A stretch of DNA of 61,608 nucleotides, counting the filler, from Sphacelaria rigidula (Eukaryota), in assembly GCA_964200075.2 (NCBI GenBank). It is 8 parts of 8 records of this genome, joined end to end, with 100 filler letters (N's around TTAATTAATTAA, not from the genome) between each part and the next. Parts side by side here need not be neighbours in the genome. Positions count along the whole stretch, not along the records: positions 23,143 to 30,756 come from CAXNAA020014090.1; positions 30,857 to 38,469 come from CAXNAA020014091.1; positions 38,570 to 46,182 come from CAXNAA020014092.1; 5 more parts are not named here. One strand, written 5' to 3'. Every line of letters begins with the position of its first letter. Positions within the stretch are counted from its first letter, which is position 1. The translations under genes were made by a program, and so were the position numbers. Positions 26,489-39,585 of the stretch are shown here, in pieces. The notes beneath the pieces were generated by a model. That model was given only the letters and a program-made list of their open reading frames with translations. It made no database searches and was not told the origin of the DNA.

Positions 26489-26685
26489 TTTCGGAATTCT
26501 TGAGGGCTTTTCGCCCCGGGGGTGACCGTTTGTCGCACAACCTATCATTTCTCCCCCGGAAGTCTCAAAGATGATAATACCGTGTATTTCTTCTATTTTT
26601 CATTTACTACTCTGTTGTTCTGGTCTACCTTTTCTATCTTCTTCCTATTTTCTTCAGCGAGTGCTTCACTTTTGTTTTGTCTCGG

Positions 26686-26766
26686 ATACGTCCATCATGT
26701 GATCACGGCTGGATCCCTGGGGGGTCGGGTCAGTTCAAGTGCGACAATCAATCAAAACCAATCAAC
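26686..26766 (+). mobile_element. Non-LTR 3' end with AATC tail, copy 3
   Basis: tacgtccatcatgtgatcacggctggatccctggg...aagtgcgacaatcaatcaaaaccaatcaac. Confidence 0.75.
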
Positions 26767-27373
26767 TACACCGGTACACCTTTCTGTAACGCATGCCTCT
26801 CATGTGATTTCCCAAAGTCGATTTTCTCAACGGCGAGAGCGCATACTCACGTACAGTAGTGACACCGATGGCTCTGTCGTTGGAATGATTCCATCGAGAT
26901 CTATCTGTTGGTGAGCCTCCTTCTTCTAAAGTGCAGGCTTTTGCGTCTCCAGGAAATCAAGTTTGAAATTGGTATTCTGTACATACTTGAGAGGGTGGAG
27001 CGACAACATAATGATATTTCCTGGGGCCGTAGCTCACGAGAGTAGGGCGGCGCGTGCACTGCACGAAGTTTACAGCGGGTTTCAGTGGGTTGGACCCCCA
27101 CACTTGCCTTGAGCAAAGCTTCCGAACGCCCGAGGCGCCTACCCCGCATCACTTTCGCGAGGCGGTCTAGCCAAGCCCCCGGGTGTGCGGGGTAAGTGAC
27201 GGGTGAGGTTCCTCCTTCCTTCAAGGAAAAAAAAAAATGAGGCTTCCGCGCCTGTCCTTCACCCTCTACAGCAGAAAAATGAAGATCACGAGGGGTGTTT
27301 CGGCACCTCAACTCAATTGTCCACATGCGCGTTTCACATACTGCAATGTCCCCTATGCAAACGTATCATCACG

Positions 27374-30327
27374 TCATCCCGTGGTGGGGGCTCCTACGCG
27401 TCCCAATCGCCCGTCGACGTTGGAGATGACGGCAGCAAGCGCGGGAGTGTGCGCCATCGACGGTGGTCCTACAACTGGTTCCATCTCGGAATATATTCCA
27501 CGAGGGCTGTCTAGCATGTCGGGCGCCTCGTTTTCCACGACCGCAATTTCGTTGTGCAAGTTTCGTCTTTCCGTCTTTCCCTGTTCCGTGACTCTTATGT
27601 TCGTCTTCCTGTGGTCTAATAAGATGATCTTCACCAGCTACCGACCGGGGCAGGTGCTGCTTGCCCGAATATGCAGCGAACTGCTTCACGGGCGAATCGT
27701 CGCATAGCACAAGTTTTTGCCCCCAAGGATATATGAGCAAGAACAGCCGGTCGGTTTGTTATATCATACAGGTACAGTAAGGACAACGACTTATACTTCG
27801 CTCATCTCCCCGCAAGCGGGTTGTTGTACCGTATATTACCTGTAAAACAGAATATCACGGTCCGTCTCAACTACTACTGTTGTACTCATTACATAGTCAT
27901 GAAGTGTTCGTGTTTGACCTGATGTTGCGCAACGCTCAAGTCAACTCATATGGGTGTCGGCAAGACATGAATGATCATCTTTGGTATCGAGTGTCAACTC
28001 GGGTATCTATCAGCACCAGCAGATCAGACCTTCAACGTCGTGGGCAAAGGGTACACAGCGTGTGCCGGAACCCAACACGCCATGGTAATAAATACCCGCG
28101 AAAAAAGAGGTCGGGATCCTTTATAAACCGCTCTGATATCACAAGCCTGAAACCGAGTGGGGACACACTCGCAGCAAATACAAAAGCTTGATGTTCGTTC
28201 GATGTGTGGACGTGCGTGAGAGGATTCCATGGCATAACATACGACTTACCTTAACTATCATAGCAAGAGCTCGCGAAGACGCGGCTTGAACACTGTACGG
28301 ACTCTGTACAAAAGTACAAACCTACCTTATCTGCGTGAGAAACCTTGTGAACGACGTGGATTCCTGTTGGTCATACTCTAGTATATGTTGAGACCACTTC
28401 TTGTATTTTCCCAGCAGTATATATCTCCTATAATACACTGGGTGTGGTATATTTTCCAAGATAATAGGTATATATTTATAAATACAGCGTAATATTGTAC
28501 AGAACTGTACTACACTGCTGCTGTATGTGCTGTTCTGCACGCGTTCTGCCCAGTGGTACTTGTTCTAATCGACGGGTCTGACAAGAACGGTATCCGAAAA
28601 CGAAGCGAATGTTTCTCTCTGCGGCGGGACTTCTCCTCTTCCAGGTCCCCCGCTACCCAAACATCCAACGCACCATACCGGGCGACCGTAGCCGCCTCAG
28701 TCATGATACGGAGACTCAAACTTGCCTGGATTGTTGCGGGATTACTGGTTCCGGTGTCTCCGAAACGCATCACGCCGAAATCGAACTACGCAGCATCAGC
28801 ATCGTCGACTGCGGATGGTTCAATTCACGATCGGAGCGCTGGAACTGCTGCAGGCGAGGAGCACAGCGGGGCAAGCGTGCGGAGAAATCTCAAGAGCTTC
28901 TTGCATCCCGCGTGAGCTTTCATCTTATTTATTGTTGTCGTTACCATCCTCGTCCTTGTCGTCAATGTTGGCGATGGTTTTGGCGATGTTGTCGTTTCTG
29001 CTGGATTTTCCCTGTACAACGATTGCAACGACTGCTGCGTTCGACCCCACGGACTACTATTGATTGACTACAACAGTACTATTTATATTTGTCTGTAGAG
29101 ACAATACGTAACATCGATACAAGTCAATCAAATCAACCACTTACTGTACTGTACACATACTTACGCGAGGTTAAACAACTGGCAGAACGATTGCGATAGG
29201 AAGCACAACAGTTGCCGGATTGAAGCCTTTGCCCACGGTCTTTGAGAAAGCGACCCACCATCTGCCGACATAATATGTTGCCGACAACGTCGAACGGAGT
29301 CGATGTTGCTTGCGACGGCACGACAGCTATACGCGGGGGTGATCCTAGCTGTACTTCAGCTGGCTTCACAGACGATCACAACACTTCATAAATACATTTT
29401 TTGCCCTCTACTGTACTGTACTATACTCGTACACGGATAGACGATGACACAGCGTATAGTCGCTCGCGCGGATTGGTGGTGCTTTGGTGGGTTCTCTCCA
29501 TGTCAAGAATTTTGATCCAGCTTCCTTTTCGAGTTTTGTGTTCCTATCAAGAGTCAGCGTGGGTGAAAGAAGCGGCTTTTCTGCGGAAGGTGGTATCGGT
29601 ACCACACCATACACTACAGCGTAGTACAGTAGGGCAATGGAGGACGTATCACACGGTTGATACGGGGCATCAACTTTGCTACGGACTGCCCCGCGAGTGT
29701 GTCAAGGTCGCTGCTGACTAAAGTAACGGACTGATCACACACATGGTCAACGCAGCTAGTTCTGTTTGTTACACCCGAGGATCAACTGTAATACCACGAC
29801 TTAGTCTATCATGTGACCGTGGCTGGATCCCTGGGGGTAATGAATCGATCAATCAACCACAGGCACATCCAGCAGCGGACCCAGCTTTTTCAGTACAACA
29901 GTACGGAATGGAAGAGCTCTGCTAGAGAAAATATGTTCAACGGACTGCCTCACCGTTCGTTTCTCACCCTACTATACACACGTCCCCGTGAGATGGAACT
30001 CCGGAAGCCCTCGTCTTCACACGCCATAATGTTGTGCCATTTACGCTGCGTTACGTTCAATCGAGCGTATGTTGCACAACAACCGCAGATATCCATATTT
30101 TGATTTTTGCGGGGAAATTTATGCGGCCTCCGGACCCCCCAAGTTATACACGTAGCCGGTGGTTTCTTCTCAAACCCCCTGTCCCAACTTCTTCACGTTC
30201 ATGTTCTCCATTTTTTAAACATTGGTGTGTGTTACTGACTGCGAGAATCTCGAGAGTCGAGCCCCACGTTTCCAGGGTTGGGGTAAAATTCCTCAGAAGC
30301 AGGTTGTTGGTGAAGTGCTGTTGAAAT
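27374..30327 (-). CDS. Tentative exons of an unidentified gene (about 30327-30240 and about 27637-27374)
   Basis: Plausible splice sites and protein-like translations (FQQHFTNNLLLRNFTPTLETWGSTLEILA; LVKIILLDHRKTNIRVTEQ...); no recognisable domain. Confidence 0.25.
29802..29857 (+). mobile_element. Non-LTR 3' end with AATC tail, copy 4 (short)
   Basis: gtctatcatgtgaccgtggctggatccctgggg...atcaatcaacc. Confidence 0.65.
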
Positions 30328-30856
30328 CCTGCAACACGCACTGTTGAAAATTTGATTGACTGTATGCGGCAACAGGATAATCCATACATCGGACAGCTCA
30401 TAAGCTACCTGAATATTACGTCTTACTAGTGTACTGATATGGATCGTGAACTAGTTCATTTGACCCCCTTTTTCCCATACAGTATTTGCTCCCTACAGCA
30501 CTGGACGCCAAGCAGGGCGAGCAGCTCAAAAAGCAGCGCAGAGGTGGCGCTTCGGCTTCTCAGACCACGCTGTCACGTATTTTGTTTTTTGGGGCAAATA
30601 GGATCTGAGAGTCCCCTTCGACTAGTTATTTCAGGTAGTAGCTCATAATAAGCTGTCCGACGTGTGATATTTTCCACGGGTCGGACAAATAACTATTCGC
30701 CTGGAAATCACTTGGTTTTAGTATAATTGATTCGAATCGTACGAATCAATCCCTAGNNNNNNNNNNNNNNNNNNNNNNNNNNNNNNNNNNNNNNNNNNNN
30801 TTAATTAATTAANNNNNNNNNNNNNNNNNNNNNNNNNNNNNNNNNNNNNNNNNNNN

Positions 30857-32300
30857 GAATGTGTTGAGGTTCACGGGACAGAGAGACGACGTGGTCTCCA
30901 ACATAATACAGTCGAAAAGCATCACCTGTTTGTGTTGGGTCATCGACATAGGCCTGAGCCCCTGGATCCGCGTCGTGATGTCCCAATTTCAATCTGCCTG
31001 TCAGTGGTCGGTTCGAAACAGGTGAGTTTGTCGTGTATGTATGTGTGGAAAAACGTAGCCAGCTATCACGTCCCAAGAAAACATCAACCGACATGGAACC
31101 ATCGGGCACAATGAGTGCCCACACAGTTAATCGTGCAGTGGAACCCGTGTCATCGAAGAATTGCACACTGAGTCGTACTGATTGATCAACCGTAAGGGGA
31201 GTGGAGGCACCAAACCCGCCAAAAACACGAGGCGTAACAGTAGAAAGGCAATGTTTATCTGCTGCTCCAGCGTTCATCATGTGCTGCCAGCAGCTCGCTG
31301 TGATGAAAGTTTGTGGCGAGCCAGTGTCGGGCAGGGCAACGGCCATCAAAGGGCGTGTTGCATGCACTCCACTATGTACACCTATTCGGGTTGTGAAGGA
31401 GGCGTCATCCATGAGTGCAGTTCCACTGACCAAATCGGGTCCGTATTCCGACAAGTGATCTGCAGCCACATCGCTCTTGTGTTGTTGGGCAATTGTACTA
31501 AAATAGACTCGAGATTGATCCTCCGGAGCGAATGTGTTTTCCGAAGGGCCGTCGTGGCACGGGGGGTTTTGCATGGCGAGTGGGGCAGTAGGTGGATGGC
31601 GGATTTCGTACACAGTCAGGGATGGACGACGCCTGGGAAAGGAAGTGGATGTGGATGTTGGCGATAATTGTTTGGAGCTATGAGAAACAGGGGAGAAACA
31701 GTCCTGATCGGACTGCAATTTGGACGGCACAGCCGGGGTTTGTCCGGCACCATGAGACATACATGCAGGGCGTAGCGGTTTTACTGTCCCAACAGTTGTC
31801 AACGCTACTTTATTCTTCAACATAGATTCCGAGGGGTCGGCAGGAAGCGGTGCTGATCTGTTCGGGATCTGGGAAACACCCACCTGTTCTACGACAAGGC
31901 CTTCATCCGCTGTGCCCGGCACCCGGGCACCTTCTTGGTGGGCGGATGCAGCGGCAACTACAGGTTTATTTACAGTTTCATCCGGAAGAGCCTTCTCCTG
32001 GTGTCGCGTATAGCGCACTCTAGAGCCGGCTGTTCCAGGGGCTTTTGGGAAGTTGGCAAGGTCAGTCCGTTCGTGGCTACACGTGTGGCGCTTGGTCGGC
32101 ACTGTCGCTTGGGGTTCCTTCCCAACCCGCTGAGCTACGGAAAGCAAGGGTTCGGCACTGGTGCGCACAGTGCACGAAAATTTACGTTCACCAAATAAAA
32201 GGGGGCCGGGCACACGCGGAATTTCGCACGCATGTGTTCCCGGGTTCGACTGGACTCCTGAGTCCTTCTCGGGGCTGGGGAGTCTCTGTAAACGTTTCAT
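30857..32300 (-). CDS. Retrotransposon polyprotein segment with retropepsin-like aspartic protease
   Basis: DTGS catalytic motif (about 31318-31329) and downstream LGRD motif; open to the block end. Confidence 0.8.
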
Positions 32301-34886
32301 CCTACGAAGAATCGTCGTAGGGGTAATAGCTACCGTATCAGAAGATGTTCCTGCTTCTAAGGCGGTAGGCGCTACGCTACACGACTGCCGGTTCCGCGGG
32401 GCGATCGGATCCTACTGGCATTGATTACTACCACTCGGAAATACAACTGGGTGATCAGATCCAGTATGAAAACACTGGGGTTAGTCATTGCGCATTTGGG
32501 AGTCATGCAATGTTGCACGGGACTGTGCTGTCATGGAACCCATCATGACAGAACGGTCATCGCTAGCGTACCCACACTACAAGCGAGAACCCACGCTGGC
32601 CGACGAGAATTTGGTCAAGTGGTGGGGGTGCACTGGCTGAGTGAAAGAAAATATGTCGCCGCGGTTTGTTGTTGAAGGTTGCTGGGACCCGACTGTGGAC
32701 CTATGGTCAACAACGGGGTTTGAAGTACAATTGTCATCAAAATGTAAAGAGGGTGACGGCGAAGTGTTACAAGCGGTCACACACGTAGAGGTACCCCGTT
32801 GGTGATGTGGAAACGCGGGGTGTTGTGCGTTTCCCAAACACCGTCAGGTGGTACGTTTGGCATCGGTAGAGTCGTGGGTCCCATTCTGACGGGATGTGTT
32901 CGAGGCAGTAGATGTGTTTGTGGGGGGGCTAGGAGTACTTGAGTATTGAGTCTGGTTTGGCGGTTGAAACGCGCCAGAATGAGCGGGGGCTACGGGAGAG
33001 GGGGCCGCGTTAGCGGGCTGAGCGTGATAACAGGAATGTTGGTATTGAGGGGGGGCGCGAGTGTCACCGTTATAGTGGTGATTGCCGCGCCGGGGGCGTT
33101 TGTACGAATTGCGGGCGCCGCTGGGTTGAGGGCGACGGTAAGACCGCATACGTGCTTGCCAAGTTGGCCAAAAGTGCGCAAACTGGGGCTCGGAGAACAT
33201 GGGGTTGAGTACGCCAAATGCGTTTGTGAACGGCGCTTCGCAGTGGCGAATCGAGTGCGTGGAAACTTGACTATCTGCGGAGTACCCCGCTTGAGGTAGT
33301 GGTCAAAAGGGGTGTCGACGGGTACCTTAAACTATAGTAGGCGTTCGAGGGACTCGCCTTCGTGGGTGGTGTCCAGGGATGAACTGATGAGTCTGAGGAG
33401 GAGGGTGAAATCGGTGTAACCGCCATTACCGAGAGTGAGGGAGCGTGCGGCTTGTGCGAAGTGGTGGTCACGCATATTGGACAATTTAGATGCCTCGGGA
33501 GAGCTGAAATCGATGGCATCCTCCAAAGTCTTTTGTAAAGGTCGAAGCCAGCCATCTACCCAATCACTGGTGTCAAGGTCGACAAATGTTTCGTCGCAGT
33601 GTGAGAGGATATCAGTAACTACAGTAGTGAGGGATTGTCGTAACTGGCTGCAGGAAAGGCTTACATCAGATCCCGCAGGAAAGGGTAGTCAAGGCTTGGC
33701 TCTGCCTACAAATTTCGGGTCCAAGTTCTTGTACTGGTGGCGTACAGCCTGAATGTGTGCCTGTCGGTCCGTGGAAGAGGGGGAAGGGTCACTGGATTGA
33801 GGGGTGGAAGCCGAAGGGGCAAACTGTACGCGGCGGTTAGCAGGTTTGGTGGCTTCCTTCGCTTGTTTGACTTTGATCTGAGAGTGACGCTGTGTGGCGA
33901 CAGTGGATGATAGCGGAAGGAAATCGCTCAAAGTGGGGGGCGTCGGACGTGAGGCGGCCGCACTCGTGTCATTATGAGATCCGTCAGTGCTGTCCGACTC
34001 ACTGTCGAATGAAGGGTGACGATGACGGCGAGATCGTGACTGCTGCGAAATGTGAGATTTACCACTATCCTTGAGACGGTTTTTCCCTTTCTCTTGAACA
34101 GTCCAACTGCCGCCACTGTGCATTGAATTGTGCCCTATGTGACCTGTCTGAAGGTGACTAGTGGTAGTAGGGTATGAACGGTCCGTACCATCAGCAGGGC
34201 CGTGTACTGTCATGCGTACCTGCTCAATTACCGTGAATAGCCCGATGAGGGGCCCGACGCACTCATGCCGTAACGCGAGACTACTTTCGGAACGTGGGTT
34301 GGAACGTATGCATTGAACGACGCCTGCTAACGTTACGGTCTCGGTGTGTTTCGGAAACCAATTGAGGATCTTGATCGAATTGTCAGTGACTGGAACAGTG
34401 AGGCGCTGTGTCTGACACGCGTAGGTAAGGAGGGTGTCAGGGTCGTGGACAAAATCGTAGAGGGGAACAGCTGCCAAAGTTTTTACACCAGAAAGATCAA
34501 GCCCGTCGGAACGAGTAGCCTTAGGAACCAGGGTTGGGTGAGTGGGTTTAGTGGAGAGTGATTGGTTCGCTGTGGGGGCAAATGTAGGGGGCGTTTTGCC
34601 GCGGTGGACGTGGGGGGGGTACACCAAACGTGGTTGAAACGCCGGGTGCGATCGTCTCAGGTGGCATGGGAGGTAATCTTGTGGCTAGAGGGGCGACATT
34701 CGGAGTGGCGTTGGAAAGTGCAGGTGAACCAGTGGATGAGTGATCAGAATCGGATTCAATGTCGATGGGATCGCGGGTGAGCAGACGTGACCGTTTCATC
34801 TGCTCGTCGAGTGAGGATTGAGTGACGGAAATGCGATAGGTGGATTGTTCCGCCGTCGTATTGTGCTGTTGTAAAGCTTGTTCATA

Positions 34887-36347
34887 TTAAGCTTTAGCCG
34901 CCTGCAAAGTCTTGGCGGTTTGCCGGAGGAAGCGGGCTTCCTTATTCTGCCCCTCCGCCAAGGCTTTGCGTTTGGCTTCGATCTCACGACGGACGCGCTG
35001 GATTTCTTGAGCGTGCTCGAAAGCTTCACGGTTCTTACGTTCTACTTGCGCTTGTACGGTCTGGGCCAACAAGTCGTCCCTGTACGCGGCTTGTTCCTCG
35101 CGGGAAAATTTGTTCCACGCGTGGGCTGGAATAGCAGCGGGACAGCTATGTTCGAACTGGGTCTTAGCTTTGTCGCGTGCTTTCTTGGGTAGGCGCGTAG
35201 ACGGGATTTTTTCCGACTCACGACCACTCGTGGAGGCTACGACGTCAGAAGCGTAGGGCTCAGCAGGGGAAAAATTACGAACCGAACGGTCACCACTAGC
35301 AGTAGAGTCGACGTGTCTGGTGTCACTGGTAAGAGTTTGAGCGGTGGTGGCATACAGTGGGAAATCAAGTCCCGGCTGTACGTCGGGCACCGTAGAGAGG
35401 GGAATTCCTCCCGACTGAGATTGGGCATCATCATCATCCTCTACACTTTCAATGACTGGACCATGCAAGACTGTGTCCGACGCAAGCAGTGGTTCACCGG
35501 ATTCGGAAGAGGATGTGCCTTCTTCATCGGCACGTAGCTCTAGCGAAGCCTGGGAATTAGACATTGCTTGTGTACCTGCGCGGGTGCGCGTCACAGTCAG
35601 TGTAGAAAGAAGGAGGGTAATGAGTGACCGGGGTGTTGCATTGGAAATGGAAGAGGCAAAGAATCTATTGTAGGAGGCTGTGGGCGTGGTGGGGGTCGGC
35701 CAGGCCCCCGTGAAAGACAGGGAGGGGCGATCTACGAAGGTATGAGAGAGAGTGTGTGGACGAATTGTCCATACCGGAGTCCACGAAATGTACTGGATGA
35801 ACACGGGACCTTGGGAAGAGGGTAATACGGGAGTGTTATCACGGATGTTGGGTTCACATACATAGTACAGGGTGGGGTCGGATGATGTGCAGTCAACACC
35901 CAGGCTGGGCACAAACGTAATGTGCTGCACGGTGAGCATATTTTGAGACAGTAAGAGACGGTCAACATTAGCTAGTGAAGAATAAAAGGCCGGCGGTACA
36001 TGCGGCGGGGTGGGTGTAGCGAAAGGATGCACGCTGATACAGTGCCGGTAGTGGTAGAAAAGAGTTGGTATCTGATAATGTACGGGCAGCTCAGGTGGGA
36101 AAAAATGTAATGAGGTAGGAGAGTCACGGTATAAATTGGACTCTACTTGGTGACTCACATCCGCTACAAAGTAGGTGGGTATCATTACTGGGGCAGTTGC
36201 CACAGATAGGCAGCTGGGACGAGCAGGTGAGGATGGTGGGAGGGCAAGTGCTATTGCTCGCGTACGTTCGCGTCGGAGTCGGCGCAGGGTGCGAGCGTCT
36301 AGTGTATCTGAGGCCCTTGAACTCATCTTGCCAGGGATAGAGGACAC
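34887..36347 (-). CDS. 486-aa first ORF of the LTR element (Pro/Ser/Thr-rich, ends in a charged coiled coil); gag-like or accessory
   Basis: Long open frame starting about 130 bp after the PBS; no recognisable domain. Confidence 0.45.
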   Translation of the reverse strand: MSSIPGKMSSRASDTLDARTLRRLRRERTRAIALALPPSSPARPSCLSVATAPVMIPTYFVADVSHQVESNLYRDSPTSLHFFPPELPVHYQIPTLFYHYRHCISVHPFATPTPPHVPPAFYSSLANVDRLLLSQNMLTVQHITFVPSLGVDCTSSDPTLYYVCEPNIRDNTPVLPSSQGPVFIQYISWTPVWTIRPHTLSHTFVDRPSLSFTGAWPTPTTPTASYNRFFASSISNATPRSLITLLLSTLTVTRTRAGTQAMSNSQASLELRADEEGTSSSESGEPLLASDTVLHGPVIESVEDDDDAQSQSGGIPLSTVPDVQPGLDFPLYATTAQTLTSDTRHVDSTASGDRSVRNFSPAEPYASDVVASTSGRESEKIPSTRLPKKARDKAKTQFEHSCPAAIPAHAWNKFSREEQAAYRDDLLAQTVQAQVERKNREAFEHAQEIQRVRREIEAKRKALAEGQNKEARFLRQTAKTLQAAKA

Positions 36348-36479
36348 AGCAGCAACTAAAGACGGCTAGACGATGAACAAACAAAAGAGACGCGCATGCA
36401 AGGCACACAGCGGTAGTGTAGTATACACGCACTTCGGCAGTCCGAGCACAACGCAACCTAAAAACAAAAGCACTGCAGA

Positions 36480-36497
36480 GGCAGTGCGGGAGCTCCA
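36480..36497 (-). promoter_or_regulatory. Primer-binding site TGGAGCTCCCGCACTGCC
   Basis: On the minus strand it follows ...CACATCACA + GT; complementary to a tRNA-like 3' end ...GCGGGAGCT-CCA. Confidence 0.65.
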
Positions 36498-37261
36498 ACT
36501 GTGATGTGACAAAAGTGAAAGCACCTTGTGGAGGTTGTAATGGTGTTCACCAAGATTATTCCAGGTTCAGACCTCTGCGTACGTTGCTTGTTTACTCAGC
36601 TCAGCAGCGCAGGCTGACCACAATCGCTCTCGTGTTGCTTTCACAGAAGGAGACAACAAGCAATTATAGACGAGAGTAGCACCGTTTTTGTTTCACACAA
36701 TTGATTGTATCCGAGCTTCATCTACAGCTTCAGCTACAGAACATAAATACAACACAAACCGAAACAGGCCTAAGCTTTAATCAATAAGACACACCAGATA
36801 AAACAGCAGCCCGACTACTGCTCTTATCTCTGGGACTCATTTTCTCGCGGTTTGTAGACACTCCAATGGGGAAACTGGTGAATCGCAGCCAAAAACCGAG
36901 ATGAGAAGAGAGTGGGGTCGTAGGGGCTTTTATTTCGAACTTGTTTCGCCGCCCCCTAAATCAACATAGCTAAGGTCATACCATACAATCCAGAAGCCGT
37001 GCTCCTCAATTCATGCCATGGTTGGGTCACTACCTTTTTTCGAATTCAAATCCATGCTCTCCGTAGAACGTCAACCTCAAGGAGCAGTGAATTCTCCGCT
37101 AATTGAGCATGAAAATGTCCATTATTCAATGTCACCTTTGCCCAAGATCATGGCTACGTCCTGCAGTCAAATCATACCACATGGCAAGACTAAGAAACAA
37201 TTTTTCGCGTACAATCGAATTTTGTTTCCCACTATCGAACCACCGCCACTGAAATGCAATG

Positions 37262-37657
37262 CGAATTGGGGATGGATCTTTCATTGGGGATGAGAGCCCG
37301 GAAAATTAAAATCTTCGCATCCACACCAAATCTTCAAAGTATGCTTCCATTTCGTCACTTGCTGGTAGCTATTGACAGCTATTACACGGCATACAAAGTT
37401 GGATTTCGATCACTGAAATGTTGGAGTCCTGAGGGAAAAACCAATTTCGGGGAACTTAGGTGACCCGATCGGACGCCAAAATTATTTTTTCACTGAAGAC
37501 CCCAATATTTCGGTTATCGAAATCCAATTCATATGACGTGTAGTAGTTGTCAATAGCTGCCAGCAATTGAAGAAATGCGCCAAATTTCGAAGATTTGGTG
37601 TGGATACGAAGATTTTAATTCTCCGGGTTTTTATCCCTGATGAAAATTCAATCCCCA
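37262..37657. mobile_element. Palindromic foldback/MITE element, copy 1
   Basis: About 170-bp arms (aaaatcttcgcatccacaccaaatcttc / gaagatttggtgtggatacgaagatttt); homologous copy at 52350-52755. Confidence 0.85.
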
Positions 37658-39215
37658 TGACGTGTCGTCTGCTGTGCACATGCTTCGCGGGCTAGTACAG
37701 CACAATATGCTTTCAAATATTGGAAAGTGTATGTCCAGTCCTTTTAGGTTTTTGACGACGGAAAGTCGAGACAAAATGATGATTTTTTCTCCCGACGAAT
37801 TAGCAGACCCGGATAACAGTTTATTCATCAGGTTGAGAGTAGCGTATCGGATTGAGAGTGGGGTTTCATTTGAACTGTTGGCAGGGCGTGCAGTTTCGAT
37901 TAATGGAAAAAGGCTTAGGCAGGATAATAGCCGTCAGTCATAACAATGTTTCCGTGAAATTGAGCGTTGATAGTATGATTGAGAGTGAGATCTTATTCAT
38001 AACATGATTCGCTTCGCCGGTTCCGATAATGAGACGAAAAGTTTACAGGTGTAGCATGTTGAACATTCCTGCCACCCGTTGCCTGAATGGAATTGCAGAA
38101 TAATGTTGAAAAATGTTGCGCGCTGGCCCACAGGTCGCATTTGTGGAAAAATGCACCGTTCAAGATCTCTCCACAGTAGTGTGAGTCGTGTGGTTCGAGT
38201 AAGCGATACGATTTAGCCAGGTTGTGCCCGAATTCATTCGCAAATGCAGTTGATGTCACCATTCGTCGTGTGGGCTTGGGACTCGTGGATATATTAAAAT
38301 CACTTTTCTGTTCAAAAATTTCGCCGCAGTTTCCGTCGTTGGTTTTGAAAGCACAAGTCATCGCGTGTGATATGATTGCTGATATCCCGCCTTTTCGTGC
38401 CGAGAAAAAACACTGTATTCGTGAGATTCAGAGTGTAGTTTCAGATTCAGAGTCAGGATTCCAAACGGANNNNNNNNNNNNNNNNNNNNNNNNNNNNNNN
38501 NNNNNNNNNNNNNTTAATTAATTAANNNNNNNNNNNNNNNNNNNNNNNNNNNNNNNNNNNNNNNNNNNNCCACGAGCACTCGAAAGTGCTAGCGTCGAAA
38601 TGTTTAGCAAAATAAGCAGACCATGCTCAAATCACAATGCCCAAGCTGGTGTTGTGGGGGCGATACGGAGTAAAGACCCCGTTTATCAGGAGGGTGTTAT
38701 TGACCGTGAATGGCTCAAGAAACATAGTTTTCCGGCTTTGGCGCAGTGAATAGGTGGAATTTCGAAGAAATAATCCTTTTTGAGTCTTCACTTACATAAT
38801 CGGGATCGAGTCGGTCGACCGAAAATACCGAAAAGCTAGAACCTGGGGTTGCACTTTCGCAGGACCCCCGGAGATCGGTCAAGCCCGTGAGTCACTAAAT
38901 ATTTATCGCAGATATTTTTTCCTTCAATGGTTGTCAACAGGATTCAAGTATCTCCGCATGCGCCTTTTTTGGCATCTAACAGTCACTGTGATGAGCGGTG
39001 GCAAGCGAAACAGAGTTGGAAAATCTTTGAGAAGTGAGAAATTACAAATTCTGCATACTTCTGACGCTGGCTACTGTATATAAAAAAAACCCTGATTTCC
39101 TCTGTCGCTGAGATACGTGTAATGATTGAATAGAAGCGCCCTCCTTCCGTCTTTTCCCTTCCAACGCTGCATACTTGGGCGACTTGCACTGTCGCCGCCC
39201 CCCACCCAGCAGCAG

Positions 39216-39552
39216 GCACGGATTATGAGCACGGTCGGCCATCCTCTAGCGGCGGCCGTCTCGAACAACATCTTGGTGCCGTTGAATCAGTCGATTCCGC
39301 TGCTGCAACGGCCGCCGCGGTGGCGGTAGCAAGTGGTGGTGGAATGATTCCCTCGACACGACGACCGCTGGGTGGTATTTCGATTCTAGGTTATTCACCA
39401 GCAGTGACGAAGAACAGCCGTATCAACAGCAGAAGTAATGTGGGCGTGACGGGGATAGCGGCAGATCATCCACCCGGTCGGAACAGCAACAGCAGTGCTG
39501 CCATCGACTATACTTTAACGGGTAAAGCGGCAGCGGCAGCGGCAGCGGCAGC

Positions 39553-39585
<33 letters not shown>

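Larger units (their letters stand above)
30857..36755 (-). mobile_element. 5' portion of LTR retrotransposon (probably Ty3/Gypsy-like): putative LTR, PBS, long gag-like ORFs, aspartic protease; RT/IN lie beyond the block end
   Basis: Protease VALPDTGSPQTFI...VFLGRD; co-oriented ORFs 34887-36347, 33689-34627, 30857-32300; LTR end ...ACATCACA followed by TGG PBS; outer LTR boundary approximate. Confidence 0.75.

Noticed and set aside
37993..38361. DGNCG motif as OTU protease or transposase
   Set aside because: Surrounding residues do not fit the motif; insufficient support
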